A DNA stretch of 35,976 nt, taken from positions 1 to 35,976 of IMG/VR virus record IMGVR_UViG_3300030376_005041; one strand, written 5' to 3'. The notes under the pieces were generated by a model. That model searched no databases and was not told the DNA's origin. It was given only the letters and a program-made list of their open reading frames with translations. This document shows, in pieces, positions 1 to 8,607 of this stretch. The stretch is from a virus (lineage: Duplodnaviria > Caudoviricetes). The position numbers and the translations under genes are program-made. How positions within the stretch are numbered: the first letter of the stretch is position 1; each line of letters starts with the position of its first letter.

Positions 1-1348
1 CGTTGATCTTGTTGCCAGATGTCGCTGCACCTAAAGCACCTGCGCCAATAGCAGTTAAATTTGTTTGGCTAATTGCAGCATCAGCAGCATTACTACCTAC
101 GGCAGTTGCGTTTGATCCTGTGAATACATTCAACGCTCTAGCACCAATAGCAGTATTTTCATTGACTGCTGCTGCACTTAATGCGGCGTAGCCAATCGCT
201 GTATTGCTTTGTGCGTTAACTGTAGATTCGTCTAAAGCGTATGCACCCACGGCAGTATTTTTGTCTCCCGTAGTAAGTGCTGTTGCTGCTGACTGTCCGA
301 TTGCAGTATTACTATCTGCACCCGCTGTTGTAGAATCTAGTGCGTCTGTTCCAACTGCGGTGTTAGCTGTTGAACCACCTGCACCGTGTCCGATGTCTAG
401 TGAACCAATTGTAATTGATCCACCTATTGTAGCTGAACCTCCGAGGTATAAATCTTTGTAAGCATTGCCATTCGCACCAAGATCAACGGTGTTATTGTTA
501 GTCGCACTTTGGGTTACTGGTAAAATTGCGTTCGTAGCAAAAGAGAATCCACAGTGGTTTGCTTGAATCCCGCTTATAGTGAGATTGTTACCATTTAGAT
601 TAGAAATTTCTCCGACATTTGCACCAGAACCATCCTGAAGAACATATTTACCTCCTGCTTGTATTACGTCACCACTCTCAAGCGTTAAAGTTGTTGTTTC
701 TGACCCAGCTTTGTATGTGTAAAATGTTAGCTTAGAATCTTCAGTGCCATCTGTTACATCAGTTACAGATCCTAAAATTGAACCGTAGTTAATTAAACTG
801 TCAGCACTGTTTTCGCCACGAAATTGAATTAAGCCAAGATTGTCAGAGTCAGCAGGTGAAGCTGAGTTGCGATAAAGAACTAAGTCAGGTGCAGAACTTG
901 AACTAGCATCTGCGTTCGTAATGACAAACTGATTGGTAACATCGTCTGAAGAAAACGTAACTGCACCTGCATTATCGATTGTAACTCTTGGACTGCCATT
1001 AGTAATAATGTTTAGCGAGTTGTTGCTTAATGTTCCAACTGCTGCCGCACCTCCTGTGCTACCAAGATAAAGTTGATCTGTTCCGTTACTTGTTCTTATT
1101 CCGTTGTTACCAGTAGTAGAGACATCCAAGACATAAGTAGGTGAAACGCCGATACCTAATTCAGCAGCACCACTACTTGCATCTTGAATAATAAATACAC
1201 CATCAGCACCACCGTCTGACGGTTGCCACTGCATTATCTCGCCAGATCCGTCTGACTTGATAATGGGTTCGTTTTCTATTGTGGTTCCAGATCTTTTTAA
1301 AGACCTCGTAAAACCTGAACCCCCAGCACTTGTAAATGATGCGCTCAT
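1..1348 (-). CDS. Tail fibre / receptor-binding protein, N-terminal part (runs off left edge; absent from ORF track)
   Basis: ATG at 1348 opens a stop-free frame to the window edge (MSASFTSAGGSG...GIGVSPTYVLDV...DLGANGNAYKDLYL...). It ends in tandem NTAVG/NTAIG-x-AL repeats typical of phage fibres and trimeric adhesins. Confidence 0.88.
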   Translation of the reverse strand, partial: MSASFTSAGGSGFTRSLKRSGTTIENEPIIKSDGSGEIMQWQPSDGGADGVFIIQDASSGAAELGIGVSPTYVLDVSTTGNNGIRTSNGTDQLYLGSTGGAAAVGTLSNNSLNIITNGSPRVTIDNAGAVTFSSDDVTNQFVITNADASSSSAPDLVLYRNSASPADSDNLGLIQFRGENSADSLINYGSILGSVTDVTDGTEDSKLTFYTYKAGSETTTLTLESGDVIQAGGKYVLQDGSGANVGEISNLNGNNLTISGIQANHCGFSFATNAILPVTQSATNNNTVDLGANGNAYKDLYLGGSATIGGSITIGSLDIGHGAGGSTANTAVGTDALDSTTAGADSNTAIGQSAATALTTGDKNTAVGAYALDESTVNAQSNTAIGYAALSAAAVNENTAIGARALNVFTGSNATAVGSNAADAAISQTNLTAIGAGALGAATSGNKIN

Positions 1349-1350
1349 TA

Positions 1351-1665
1351 TTAACCGTTACTTATAACGACATTTGAAGTGCCGCTTGCTGTTATAAAAC
1401 TAATTGTTCCAACGTACCCAGAGATGCTGACCATACCACCAGTCCCATCATTAGCTCCACCGCCACCACCTAAAATATAACTAAAACCACCACTACTTGT
1501 AGTAGCAGTTGCTCCTAATTTTACGTAAACTGGTTCAGTCCCTAAATTCTGCACCGTCAAATGGTGCGGAGAATTTGTAACCACGTCATCAGCACTTGTG
1601 TCACATGCTTGAATAACTTGCGTTACGCTGTCGAAACTTCTGAATCTCTCGTTTTGATAACTCAT
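1351..1665 (-). CDS. Small virion structural protein (putative decoration or fibre-base protein)
   Basis: 104 aa, Gly/Ser/Thr-rich, beta-rich (LTVQNLGTEPVYVKLG). Tightly packed between the capsid and fibre genes. Confidence 0.6.
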   Translation of the reverse strand: MSYQNERFRSFDSVTQVIQACDTSADDVVTNSPHHLTVQNLGTEPVYVKLGATATTSSGGFSYILGGGGGANDGTGGMVSISGYVGTISFITASGTSNVVISNG

Positions 1666-1666
1666 T

Positions 1667-1927
1667 TTATAAATCCCACGCTTTCTTAATTGATTTTACT
1701 GAATGCTTTGAACGCCACTTACTTCCCATTTTAATTTCCTGGTTATAGTAACCGCGACGTATCGACTCTTTGTTCATGCCTTTTTCATCCATTGCCCCAT
1801 TTGGAACACTTATTCTGCTTGGAAAATCCACGCGTTTAAAACCGTCTGGTGCGTCATCACGTTCTGTAATTGGACGCTCCAACTCGATCACTTCCCCCGT
1901 ATCAGATTGGTATTCGTAAACTGGCAC
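1667..1927 (-). CDS. FmdB-like small protein lacking the zinc-ribbon cysteines
   Basis: The MPVYEYQ start resembles FmdB MPxYxYxC, but the protein has no Cys. It follows the capsid terminator. Confidence 0.55.
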   Translation of the reverse strand: MPVYEYQSDTGEVIELERPITERDDAPDGFKRVDFPSRISVPNGAMDEKGMNKESIRRGYYNQEIKMGSKWRSKHSVKSIKKAWDL

Positions 1928-1932
1928 TTATT

Positions 1933-1975
1933 AAAAATAATTGGGATGGAGCAGCACGCAAGCCACTCCACCCCA
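1933..1975 (-). terminator. Intrinsic terminator after the major capsid gene
   Basis: Minus strand TGGGGTGGAGTGGC-TTGCGT-GCTGCTCCATCCCA forms a 14-bp stem (including G-U pairs), followed by ATTATTTTT. Confidence 0.75.
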
Positions 1976-1982
1976 TGATTAA

Positions 1983-3083
1983 TTACAGACCAGAGAAACC
2001 AGCAGTGCTAAACAAACGCATAAAATATGCATCAGTTAATCGTTTTGCTGTGTACATAGTCTTGAAACCGACTGTTACCACTTGGTTCAACGGATCTTTT
2101 TTGTCCGGAGTGTCTACAATTTGTATAGACGGACTCATTGGACTGTCACCGCTCAACGCTGGAACACCGAACGCTTCACCGCCTAAAAAGAACGTACAAA
2201 ACGCAACCCCTTCACTGTCTTCAGTGTCAATGTCATTGACGTTTCCAATAGCGCCATCACTACCACTTCCGCACCTGAACGGATTTGTGTCTTCCACGAA
2301 TCGCACCCCATACAGCGAACCAGCTTCACCGTTATACAATGCGCCTACGTTTGAACGTGTAGCAGCATTCAACCAATCACCGTCACGCATTATGTCGCGA
2401 AGCACTTGCGGTGCAGCGATAGAAACGTAACCACCGTTGATTTCCGGAGCGCGGTTAATACGCAACTGAGTAACAACGTCCAATACGTCGGATGCAGTTG
2501 TTACTGGTAAGGCGTTTGCACCCCCAGCATTGTGCGTCAAACTAATGTTTGACCCAGCGAACATGGTGCTACCACCTTCAGTGTCAGTGCCACCAGTTGG
2601 AACTGTCGAGTTACACAACTCGGCTTTAACGATGTTGTCGCATTTTAACGCAGCATCTTCACCGTTGGTTTTCGTTGCTTGAGCAAGCGAGTTTAAAAAC
2701 TCGGTATTGTTCAACACGTCCGAAATGACCACGACTTGTCCGATTTGCTGAAGCGTTGCTGTCACTTTGGCAAGAGACAGTTGACGAACACCAGAATCAG
2801 CGGACGATCCCCCAGACCCAAACACATCGATTGCGTTGTAAACGCCATTGCCGTCAACGGTTTCAGCAGCACTTGTGTTAGTCAAATCAGCGATTTGTGT
2901 GTCACTAGGTGCGCCATATTTAAAGAAGCTAATTTGCTTCGATCCTACTCCTTTGGGTAAAGGTGCTTTTTGGCCAAACTCCGCTTTGCGGGTGGCTTGA
3001 ACTGCGTATGTAAGCAGTTGCGACTCGAAGTGTTCACGATATTGTGAACTCAAGTCGCTTGAGAGTGTCATTGCATCTGCCAT
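1983..3083 (-). CDS. Major capsid protein (N4-gp56-like, HK97 fold)
   Basis: 366 aa with FGQKAPLPKG, VTATLQQIGQVVVISD, GEAGSLYGVRFVE and DPLNQVVTVGFK motifs. Lies downstream of the scaffold. Confidence 0.93.
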   Translation of the reverse strand: MADAMTLSSDLSSQYREHFESQLLTYAVQATRKAEFGQKAPLPKGVGSKQISFFKYGAPSDTQIADLTNTSAAETVDGNGVYNAIDVFGSGGSSADSGVRQLSLAKVTATLQQIGQVVVISDVLNNTEFLNSLAQATKTNGEDAALKCDNIVKAELCNSTVPTGGTDTEGGSTMFAGSNISLTHNAGGANALPVTTASDVLDVVTQLRINRAPEINGGYVSIAAPQVLRDIMRDGDWLNAATRSNVGALYNGEAGSLYGVRFVEDTNPFRCGSGSDGAIGNVNDIDTEDSEGVAFCTFFLGGEAFGVPALSGDSPMSPSIQIVDTPDKKDPLNQVVTVGFKTMYTAKRLTDAYFMRLFSTAGFSGL

Positions 3084-3138
3084 AACTTAATTTCCTATTT
3101 TAATAATTTATTATACTGTACTGTACTAATGCAAATTA

Positions 3139-4077
3139 TCATTGGTTGTCCATCTGTGCAGCTTGATCGGAAAGCATTTTAAATCGTGCTTCCGTATCCA
3201 TATCCATAAAGTCTTTGCTTGCTGGACGTGGTGCTGGTTGTGAACCACTAATCGATAACTTGGACTTGTACTCTTCCAACTCTTTTTCAAGAGCTTGATT
3301 CTTGTCCCGAAAAGACTCTGCTTGAGTTGCCAATATATCCCGTGATGCGACCCATGCAGCTTTACGCGGCCCATCTGGATCACCTAACAGTTCCGGATAG
3401 TACAAAAACACTTGCTCGGTTCGTTTAAACAAATCGCTGTTTTGATCTCCTAAATCTGGATATTTCTCTCTAGCTTCTGCGTAGTTACTTCTAAAATCTT
3501 TGCTAAACTTGTCTTGTTGCAGTTTTTTTGCGCTCAGACGTTCTTGTTCTCGCAAATTATTAGCTTTCTTCTCAGCATCTGCCGCTAGATCGCTCTCACC
3601 ATCTTCAAGAAATTCTTTAGCAGCTTTATCATAATCAGTTGCATTGTACCCATCTTCGTCACGAATCTCATTCGTTTCTTCCAATTGTTGTACACGCCAC
3701 TTTTCTTTTTGCTGTTCAAACTCTTCTTGCTGTTTTTGAAACTGTTCCTTTTCTTCGTTAAGTGACTTCCATGAACGCATTTTGCGCTCCATGTCTTTCG
3801 CTTCCCGTGAAATATCCGGTTTCTCTTGCTCAGTCTTTTCTGTCAAAGAACCATCCTCGTCACCCGACGAAGATTCTCCCGCTTTCGGCTGTTCTGTTTC
3901 CGGCGGTGGATCAGCTTGTTTTTCTTCCTCAACCTTTCCTGGTTCCTTGTCAGGTTCCGTTTCGGGTTCCGGTGGCGCTGGAACATAACTTTCCCGCGCT
4001 TCTTCCAAGCTCTTACCACTATCAAGTGCTTTCGCAACTGCGGTAAGCTCTTCCATCGTCGTCTCTTTCTCAGCCAT
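3139..4077 (-). CDS. Capsid scaffolding protein
   Basis: 312 aa, acidic, with a Pro/Glu-rich N-terminus and coiled coils. Immediately upstream of the capsid gene. Confidence 0.8.
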   Translation of the reverse strand: MAEKETTMEELTAVAKALDSGKSLEEARESYVPAPPEPETEPDKEPGKVEEEKQADPPPETEQPKAGESSSGDEDGSLTEKTEQEKPDISREAKDMERKMRSWKSLNEEKEQFQKQQEEFEQQKEKWRVQQLEETNEIRDEDGYNATDYDKAAKEFLEDGESDLAADAEKKANNLREQERLSAKKLQQDKFSKDFRSNYAEAREKYPDLGDQNSDLFKRTEQVFLYYPELLGDPDGPRKAAWVASRDILATQAESFRDKNQALEKELEEYKSKLSISGSQPAPRPASKDFMDMDTEARFKMLSDQAAQMDNQ

Positions 4078-4170
4078 TTTTTTGTATGCTTATTTTCAGC
4101 GAACATCGCATACGCTGCACGCTGTAGTGTGCTTTAGTTCAGCAAAAGTCGCACAGTCTTTTACTGTAAG

Positions 4171-4500
4171 TTATGGACGCAAATAGTCGAAATCATCGGA
4201 AGCGTCCGTGTCCGGTGATTCGGATGAAGCCATTAGCGCATCTAAAGTCGCAATCGCCCCACGAAATCCATTAGCATAACCAGCTTTCCACGCAAGCTCC
4301 CCACCGCACTCAGTTGCAGTGGCATTGTGTTGTAATGCAGCGTTAAGCATCCATGCTTTTAACTTTTTACCGCTTTTAGTTCGGAAAAAGTTTTGTAAAG
4401 TTTTTTCATCATCCGGCTCCCACTTGGGCTGGTTGACCCATTTGAGCGGCTTGACCATTTGCGTTAGCACCCGCTTGTGCGTCTCTTGAGTAAGCATCAT
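4171..4500 (-). CDS. Conserved small head-module protein (Bbp19-like position); start uncertain
   Basis: LQNFFRTKSGKKLKAWM...GYANGFRGAI helical pattern between portal and scaffold. Overlaps the portal 3' end. Confidence 0.6.
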   Translation of the reverse strand: MMLTQETHKRVLTQMVKPLKWVNQPKWEPDDEKTLQNFFRTKSGKKLKAWMLNAALQHNATATECGGELAWKAGYANGFRGAIATLDALMASSESPDTDASDDFDYLRP

Positions 4501-6271
4501 CTAATTGTTTCCGGAGTTGTCGCGCAGTGTTGGGATCAACTTGTTCTAATTGCTCCAGTAAAGTGTTAATACGACTTATAAACGCTTGCTGAACTTCTGG
4601 CGGGAACTGCTGCCCCTGTTGGCTCATGCGATTAATATATTCCATTAACAACGGCAAACGTTCAGCCGGATTGTCAGCTTGGTTTGGAACCGGAGTATAT
4701 CCGCGCTCCATGATCGGAATGTTATGCGCTTCGTCTTCTGCTTCGTCAGCAGCTTTAAATTGCGGATCGCGTACTAATCGTTTAACTAAACTTGGATCAT
4801 CCAGTTCAAGAATACTCTTATCTAATTCTATCTGGTCAATCCACGGTGATTGCGACATCAATTGTTTACGCATAATAGCCCGTTGCATCAACATGCTACG
4901 ATCAACTCCATCTACACCACCTTTTGGTTCTATAGTGTAATCATCATGCAACGCATCAGCTTGCAGACTTGTCGCATCTTCCAAATACCGGAACATCAAG
5001 TTCTGCGGTGAGTATTGCAAATAAAGCTGATACGCTTGACGATATACACGGGCTAATGCCAATCGAAATATTCTGGCACGTAAATCAACACTGCGTTCCA
5101 TCATTCCACCAATAGCATTAACTTCAGTAGCAGTACGTCTTTCGCTGGTGTTAATCATTTGGCCAACACCAAAATCTGGCATAGCTAAACGTTGTTCCGC
5201 GATCATGCGTGTTTGCACAATTTCTTGATCCCAACTGATTGGGGGTTGTGGCATCCCCACTGGCTGAAGTCCGTATGGTAATATCTGTCCCGGTTTAAAT
5301 CTTATATTACTACTGTTTGGAATATCTCTTTCGCTACGGAACATTGGCGAATTATAAAACGTAATTGAATCCGCTTTGCCGTTCATTAGCTTATTTAGAT
5401 ATGCTTCTTCGGGGGCAACTAATTCTGGTATCCCGCGACTGCTATACCATCCCTTATCTTTCATCTCGTAAGACGAATCAACAAACGGGGCATCTCCATG
5501 ACGATATGGAAGTTTCATTACCGGACGTAAATCATGTTCCGGCATTACGGGAGAGTATGTACACACGATCCACTTTCCGTCTTCGTCGCGTTTCCAGTGT
5601 TCCCATATAATGACCATGCTATCATCGTCACTGTATGTTAACCCCTCACGCATAAATTTCTCATTATCGCGATAAGTTGAGTTAGTGTTTTCGTCGCGAC
5701 CGTCTCCGCGAATCTTGTCTACAACAGAATGGTCGTAACGAGAATCACGCAAAAACGCACTTACACTCATCGGCATGACTTGAACCATCCAATCAGCTTC
5801 TTCGAGTCTAGTTGTATGATCTGGAACAATCCAATAAAGCGGATCAACTGCTTCAAACTTGCAGCTTTTATTCTTATCATCCCAAAATACTTTTATCACT
5901 GAATGACCAGTCATCAACATGTGGTCAATCCATGTCAGCGATTCTTCTTGGAAATTACTTTTCTCTTTTATGTGATAATCAAACCAACGTTCAACTGCTG
6001 TTGTTAGCGGTGCTAACTGTTGTCTCATTGGAACGAACGAACATAACGTGTCTCGCCCCGTAATCTGTTGGTAATAAAACGGTTTTAGCTTTGCTATTGC
6101 CGTGTCTATTAATGGGAAGTGTAAATCAGAAGCACCAGGAAATGGTTTGTTCTTACGTCGCAACCCATCATGGCGCATTTGGTAATATAACCCCTGTCTT
6201 CTTTCCCATTTAGATCGGTCATGGATGCTATCCAAAACCACCTCAAACATATCATTTCTGCTCTCTTGCAT
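4409..6271 (-). CDS. Portal protein (podovirus type)
   Basis: 620 aa with KPFPGASDLHFP, KVFWD, WYSSRGIPE and RRTATEV motifs plus a Gln-rich C-terminal barrel. Follows terL. Confidence 0.92.
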   Translation of the reverse strand: MQESRNDMFEVVLDSIHDRSKWERRQGLYYQMRHDGLRRKNKPFPGASDLHFPLIDTAIAKLKPFYYQQITGRDTLCSFVPMRQQLAPLTTAVERWFDYHIKEKSNFQEESLTWIDHMLMTGHSVIKVFWDDKNKSCKFEAVDPLYWIVPDHTTRLEEADWMVQVMPMSVSAFLRDSRYDHSVVDKIRGDGRDENTNSTYRDNEKFMREGLTYSDDDSMVIIWEHWKRDEDGKWIVCTYSPVMPEHDLRPVMKLPYRHGDAPFVDSSYEMKDKGWYSSRGIPELVAPEEAYLNKLMNGKADSITFYNSPMFRSERDIPNSSNIRFKPGQILPYGLQPVGMPQPPISWDQEIVQTRMIAEQRLAMPDFGVGQMINTSERRTATEVNAIGGMMERSVDLRARIFRLALARVYRQAYQLYLQYSPQNLMFRYLEDATSLQADALHDDYTIEPKGGVDGVDRSMLMQRAIMRKQLMSQSPWIDQIELDKSILELDDPSLVKRLVRDPQFKAADEAEDEAHNIPIMERGYTPVPNQADNPAERLPLLMEYINRMSQQGQQFPPEVQQAFISRINTLLEQLEQVDPNTARQLRKQLDDAYSRDAQAGANANGQAAQMGQPAQVGAG

Positions 6272-6536
6272 TTCGCAATTGGTATTCCAAGTCGTTTATT
6301 GTGTGCAGCGCCTCCCGCGCCCAGCGTTTTACCGTCTGGGTAGACTTCTGCACGTCCTTAAATTCCGGTTGTTCCATCAGTTTCTTGACGTTTCCGTCAG
6401 TTAACCGTGTAACCGGATGGTCAATCGTCCGGCATCCCATCGTCCAATGCAGCGTCAATAGCAGCAGCATTGTCGGAATGTATCTCAGCCGTCCGATCTG
6501 TTTTGTCGTCGTCACGTCTCTGTTGTCTGTCTCCAA
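6252..6536 (-). CDS. Putative outer-membrane lipoprotein (o-spanin-like); start could be ATG 6470
   Basis: Hydrophobic MLLLLTLHWTMG followed by Cys (lipobox-like TMG/C), then a helical C-terminus. Confidence 0.55.
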   Translation of the reverse strand: METDNRDVTTTKQIGRLRYIPTMLLLLTLHWTMGCRTIDHPVTRLTDGNVKKLMEQPEFKDVQKSTQTVKRWAREALHTINDLEYQLRNAREQK

Positions 6537-6591
6537 ACCAAGCAGCCATCATCTCGGCTACTTTTGCCAGTAAAACTAAAATCCAGTTCAT
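6421..6591 (-). CDS. Putative i-spanin-like small membrane protein (56 aa, not in ORF track)
   Basis: MNWILVLLAKVAEMMAAWFGDRQQRRDDDK...GMPDD*: N-terminal hydrophobic segment and polar tail, overlapping the lipoprotein gene in another frame. Confidence 0.5.
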   Translation of the reverse strand: MNWILVLLAKVAEMMAAWFGDRQQRRDDDKTDRTAEIHSDNAAAIDAALDDGMPDD

Positions 6592-6601
6592 ATAAAGCTA
6601 C

Positions 6602-6701
6602 AAGCGGACATGGCTACTGATTCATGCGGTCACAAACGTCCAGAGACTAAACGTAAAACCGTTGCAGCGATCTCCACTACCAACACAACACCAAGCCGCT
6701 T
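6602..6701 (-). ncRNA. Candidate structured RNA / cis-regulatory leader
   Basis: Closing stem AAGCGG...CCGCTT encloses two hairpins with several G-U pairs on the minus strand. Confidence 0.4.
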
Positions 6702-6705
6702 AACA

Positions 6706-8334
6706 TCAGTAACCCGCATTGAACCCGCTGTCTAACTCCATGCCGACTGGTTCCATTTCACTTAACGCTTCCATAAAGCTTGGTCGTGGTTCCAAATTAA
6801 GAGCGGAACCCGTGCCACCACACGATATAGCCCCAAGCACTGCATCAGCACGGTCAGGGGAGGGGAGTCCGCGACTTCGCATTTGATCTTTCGGTTCTAA
6901 TTGCAGCTTCCCCTTACTGTTGGGTTTGCTGCGTCGTGTTGTCATCTGCGAATGTAATAAATCATCATCGGGCAATATAATCTCACACAACTCAATCGAA
7001 CGTGCTGCTTTAAACCAAATCTCTGCGCCCCTATTAGCAAAATGTCGGTCATCATACGCTCTTTCGCCGTTATTTACTCGATGAACACCCCATCCAGCTT
7101 CAGCTAAAGCGTCACACATCGGAATACCCAAACCCCCAGCATCTGCATAAATCTCTTCCGGCTTTAGTCCATTACGTTGAAATTCCATAATAAACCGTCC
7201 CACCGCCGCCATCGTGTCTTTTTGAGTCCAGCAAAGTAGTTTATCAATCTTGTTGCCCACGCGTATCGCCAGCACGTTTTCGTCACCCCCTGCCGCGAAA
7301 TCACAAAACGCAGTCTTATCTTTACCAATATGTGTCGGGGGATTAGTCAAACAATGCTGCAAAGAGTTATATGGAACTACCACTGACTCTTCGCCAATGT
7401 CCATAAACTCCCCGAACACCATTGATCGGACTAATGGGTGGTCTTTACCATATCGATCAAATTGTTCATTTATCCAAGATTCGGGGATATGCGGACAATC
7501 GTATGACGTACATGTAAACGTTTCCCATAAACGCGCTTCTTTAGTAAATGCACGATAGAAAAACCCCTCCGTAGCTCCCGGCGATGACATCAATATCAAT
7601 CTGCTGGGCTGACAGCGACTTATTGCTTCAGCGATACCATCCGGCACAGTCTTCGCTTCGTCCACTATCATTAACAAATTAGAAGTCGGCCCCGTTCTAT
7701 GCCACCCCTCGAATCTACCACCTTCACTCGTACTAAACCCAATCGCTTTACTTCCGTTCTGAAACCGGATGTCAGTAGCATTCACGATCCACCCCTCGCC
7801 ACCGTTCAACCCACTCACGTACTTTCGTATATACGGAAATAACTGGTCTTTCACCTGACGGAACACACCCGCCGTCGTCACACATGTGCTTTCCGGAAAT
7901 CTCATGCAATGCCACAGAACAGCACATGCAGCTATTAAACTGGTTTTTCCGGAACCATTGGCCGCTTTAAGCGCAACTTTACTTTCTTTATCGTTAATTG
8001 CTTTAAGTACATCGTATTGCCACTTGTACGGTTTTATCCCCAAAAACATTTCCGGAAAGTTTTGTAGCTGTGCAGCATACTCAATTAACTCCGGTGTCGG
8101 TTTAGACGTGTCTGCTTCAAGTGGCTCAAATTTGTCTTCTAAAGACTTTTTGACTTTACGGGGTCTTCCCACCTTCTTCCCGCTTTGAAACGTCGCTTTA
8201 CCCCCTTCACGGGTCACCACGCGCTTCTTACGTGCGCCTACTTTAGTGTACTGTACTTCATCGCCCGACGACGCGATCTCTTCTGCCGTCCGGTTGCTGA
8301 TTCTAATTCCAGTCTTTTCTTTTTTGTCTTTCAT
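6706..8334 (-). CDS. terL: Terminase large subunit
   Basis: Walker A ANGSGKTS, Walker B LMIVDEAK, motif III LMSSP, nuclease CDFAAGGDENV and SPDRADA. Confidence 0.95.
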   Translation of the reverse strand: MKDKKEKTGIRISNRTAEEIASSGDEVQYTKVGARKKRVVTREGGKATFQSGKKVGRPRKVKKSLEDKFEPLEADTSKPTPELIEYAAQLQNFPEMFLGIKPYKWQYDVLKAINDKESKVALKAANGSGKTSLIAACAVLWHCMRFPESTCVTTAGVFRQVKDQLFPYIRKYVSGLNGGEGWIVNATDIRFQNGSKAIGFSTSEGGRFEGWHRTGPTSNLLMIVDEAKTVPDGIAEAISRCQPSRLILMSSPGATEGFFYRAFTKEARLWETFTCTSYDCPHIPESWINEQFDRYGKDHPLVRSMVFGEFMDIGEESVVVPYNSLQHCLTNPPTHIGKDKTAFCDFAAGGDENVLAIRVGNKIDKLLCWTQKDTMAAVGRFIMEFQRNGLKPEEIYADAGGLGIPMCDALAEAGWGVHRVNNGERAYDDRHFANRGAEIWFKAARSIELCEIILPDDDLLHSQMTTRRSKPNSKGKLQLEPKDQMRSRGLPSPDRADAVLGAISCGGTGSALNLEPRPSFMEALSEMEPVGMELDSGFNAGY

Positions 8335-8354
8335 GTCTAATGGTTAAATGGGGG

Positions 8355-8377
8355 TTATATATATACTTATATATATA
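8355..8377. other. AT-rich (TA)n tract, candidate DNA unwinding element
   Basis: TTATATATATACTTATATATATA directly adjacent to the iteron-like repeats. Confidence 0.6.
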
Positions 8378-8378
8378 G

Positions 8379-8444
8379 TGTCAGATTTTCTGACATTGAC
8401 TGTCTTAATTTCTGACATTGACTGTCTGATTTTCTGACATTGAC
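8379..8444. repeat. Three tandem 22-bp iteron-like repeats
   Basis: TGTCAGATTTTCTGACATTGAC / TGTCTTAATTTCTGACATTGAC / TGTCTGATTTTCTGACATTGAC, each with an internal dyad TGTC...GACA. Confidence 0.9.
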
Positions 8445-8451
8445 TTTGTTA

Positions 8452-8471
8452 GTATGCACAAGTTATTCACA
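8452..8471 (+). promoter_or_regulatory. Two tandem DnaA-box-like 9-mers
   Basis: GTATGCACA (8452-8460, one mismatch) and TTATTCACA (8463-8471, matches TTATNCACA), 2 bp apart. Confidence 0.65.
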
Positions 8472-8520
8472 TTGGCAAAAAATTAGGTCTGTGATTTTGG
8501 GGGGATATATAATACATGCA

Positions 8521-8595
8521 CCCGCCCGTGGGGGTGGTACGTACCCCGTGTCGTGGCCCCTATACACGATCGCGCGATCCTGGGCGCGCGCGCGG
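8521..8595. other. GC-rich palindrome cluster, candidate packaging/terminus site
   Basis: GGTACGTACC (8536-8545), GATCGCGCGATC (8568-8579) and GCGCGCGCGC (8584-8593) between terS and terL. Confidence 0.4.
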
Positions 8596-8607
8596 TAAAG
8601 ACAGGGA

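Noticed and set aside
3-461. Plus-strand ORFs 3-191 and 204-461
   Set aside because: Antisense shadows of the tail-fibre frame.
4100-4145. Possible hammerhead ribozyme (CTGAA...GAAA with flanking stems)
   Set aside because: The core reads CTGAACT, not CTGANGA, so the catalytic consensus is not met.
4166-4193. GTAAG-N17-CGAAAT, a partial match to the early promoter motif
   Set aside because: The -10 mismatches and the site is antisense to late genes; probably chance.
1870-8188. Plus-strand ORFs opposite the capsid, scaffold, portal and terL genes, and alternative-frame minus ORFs 3126-3383 and 3843-4106
   Set aside because: No motifs; explained by codon bias of the real genes.
8379-8444. 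Tandem repeats as a mini-CRISPR array
   Set aside because: The units are contiguous with no spacers and no cas operon; the Cas4-like gene belongs to the recombination module.
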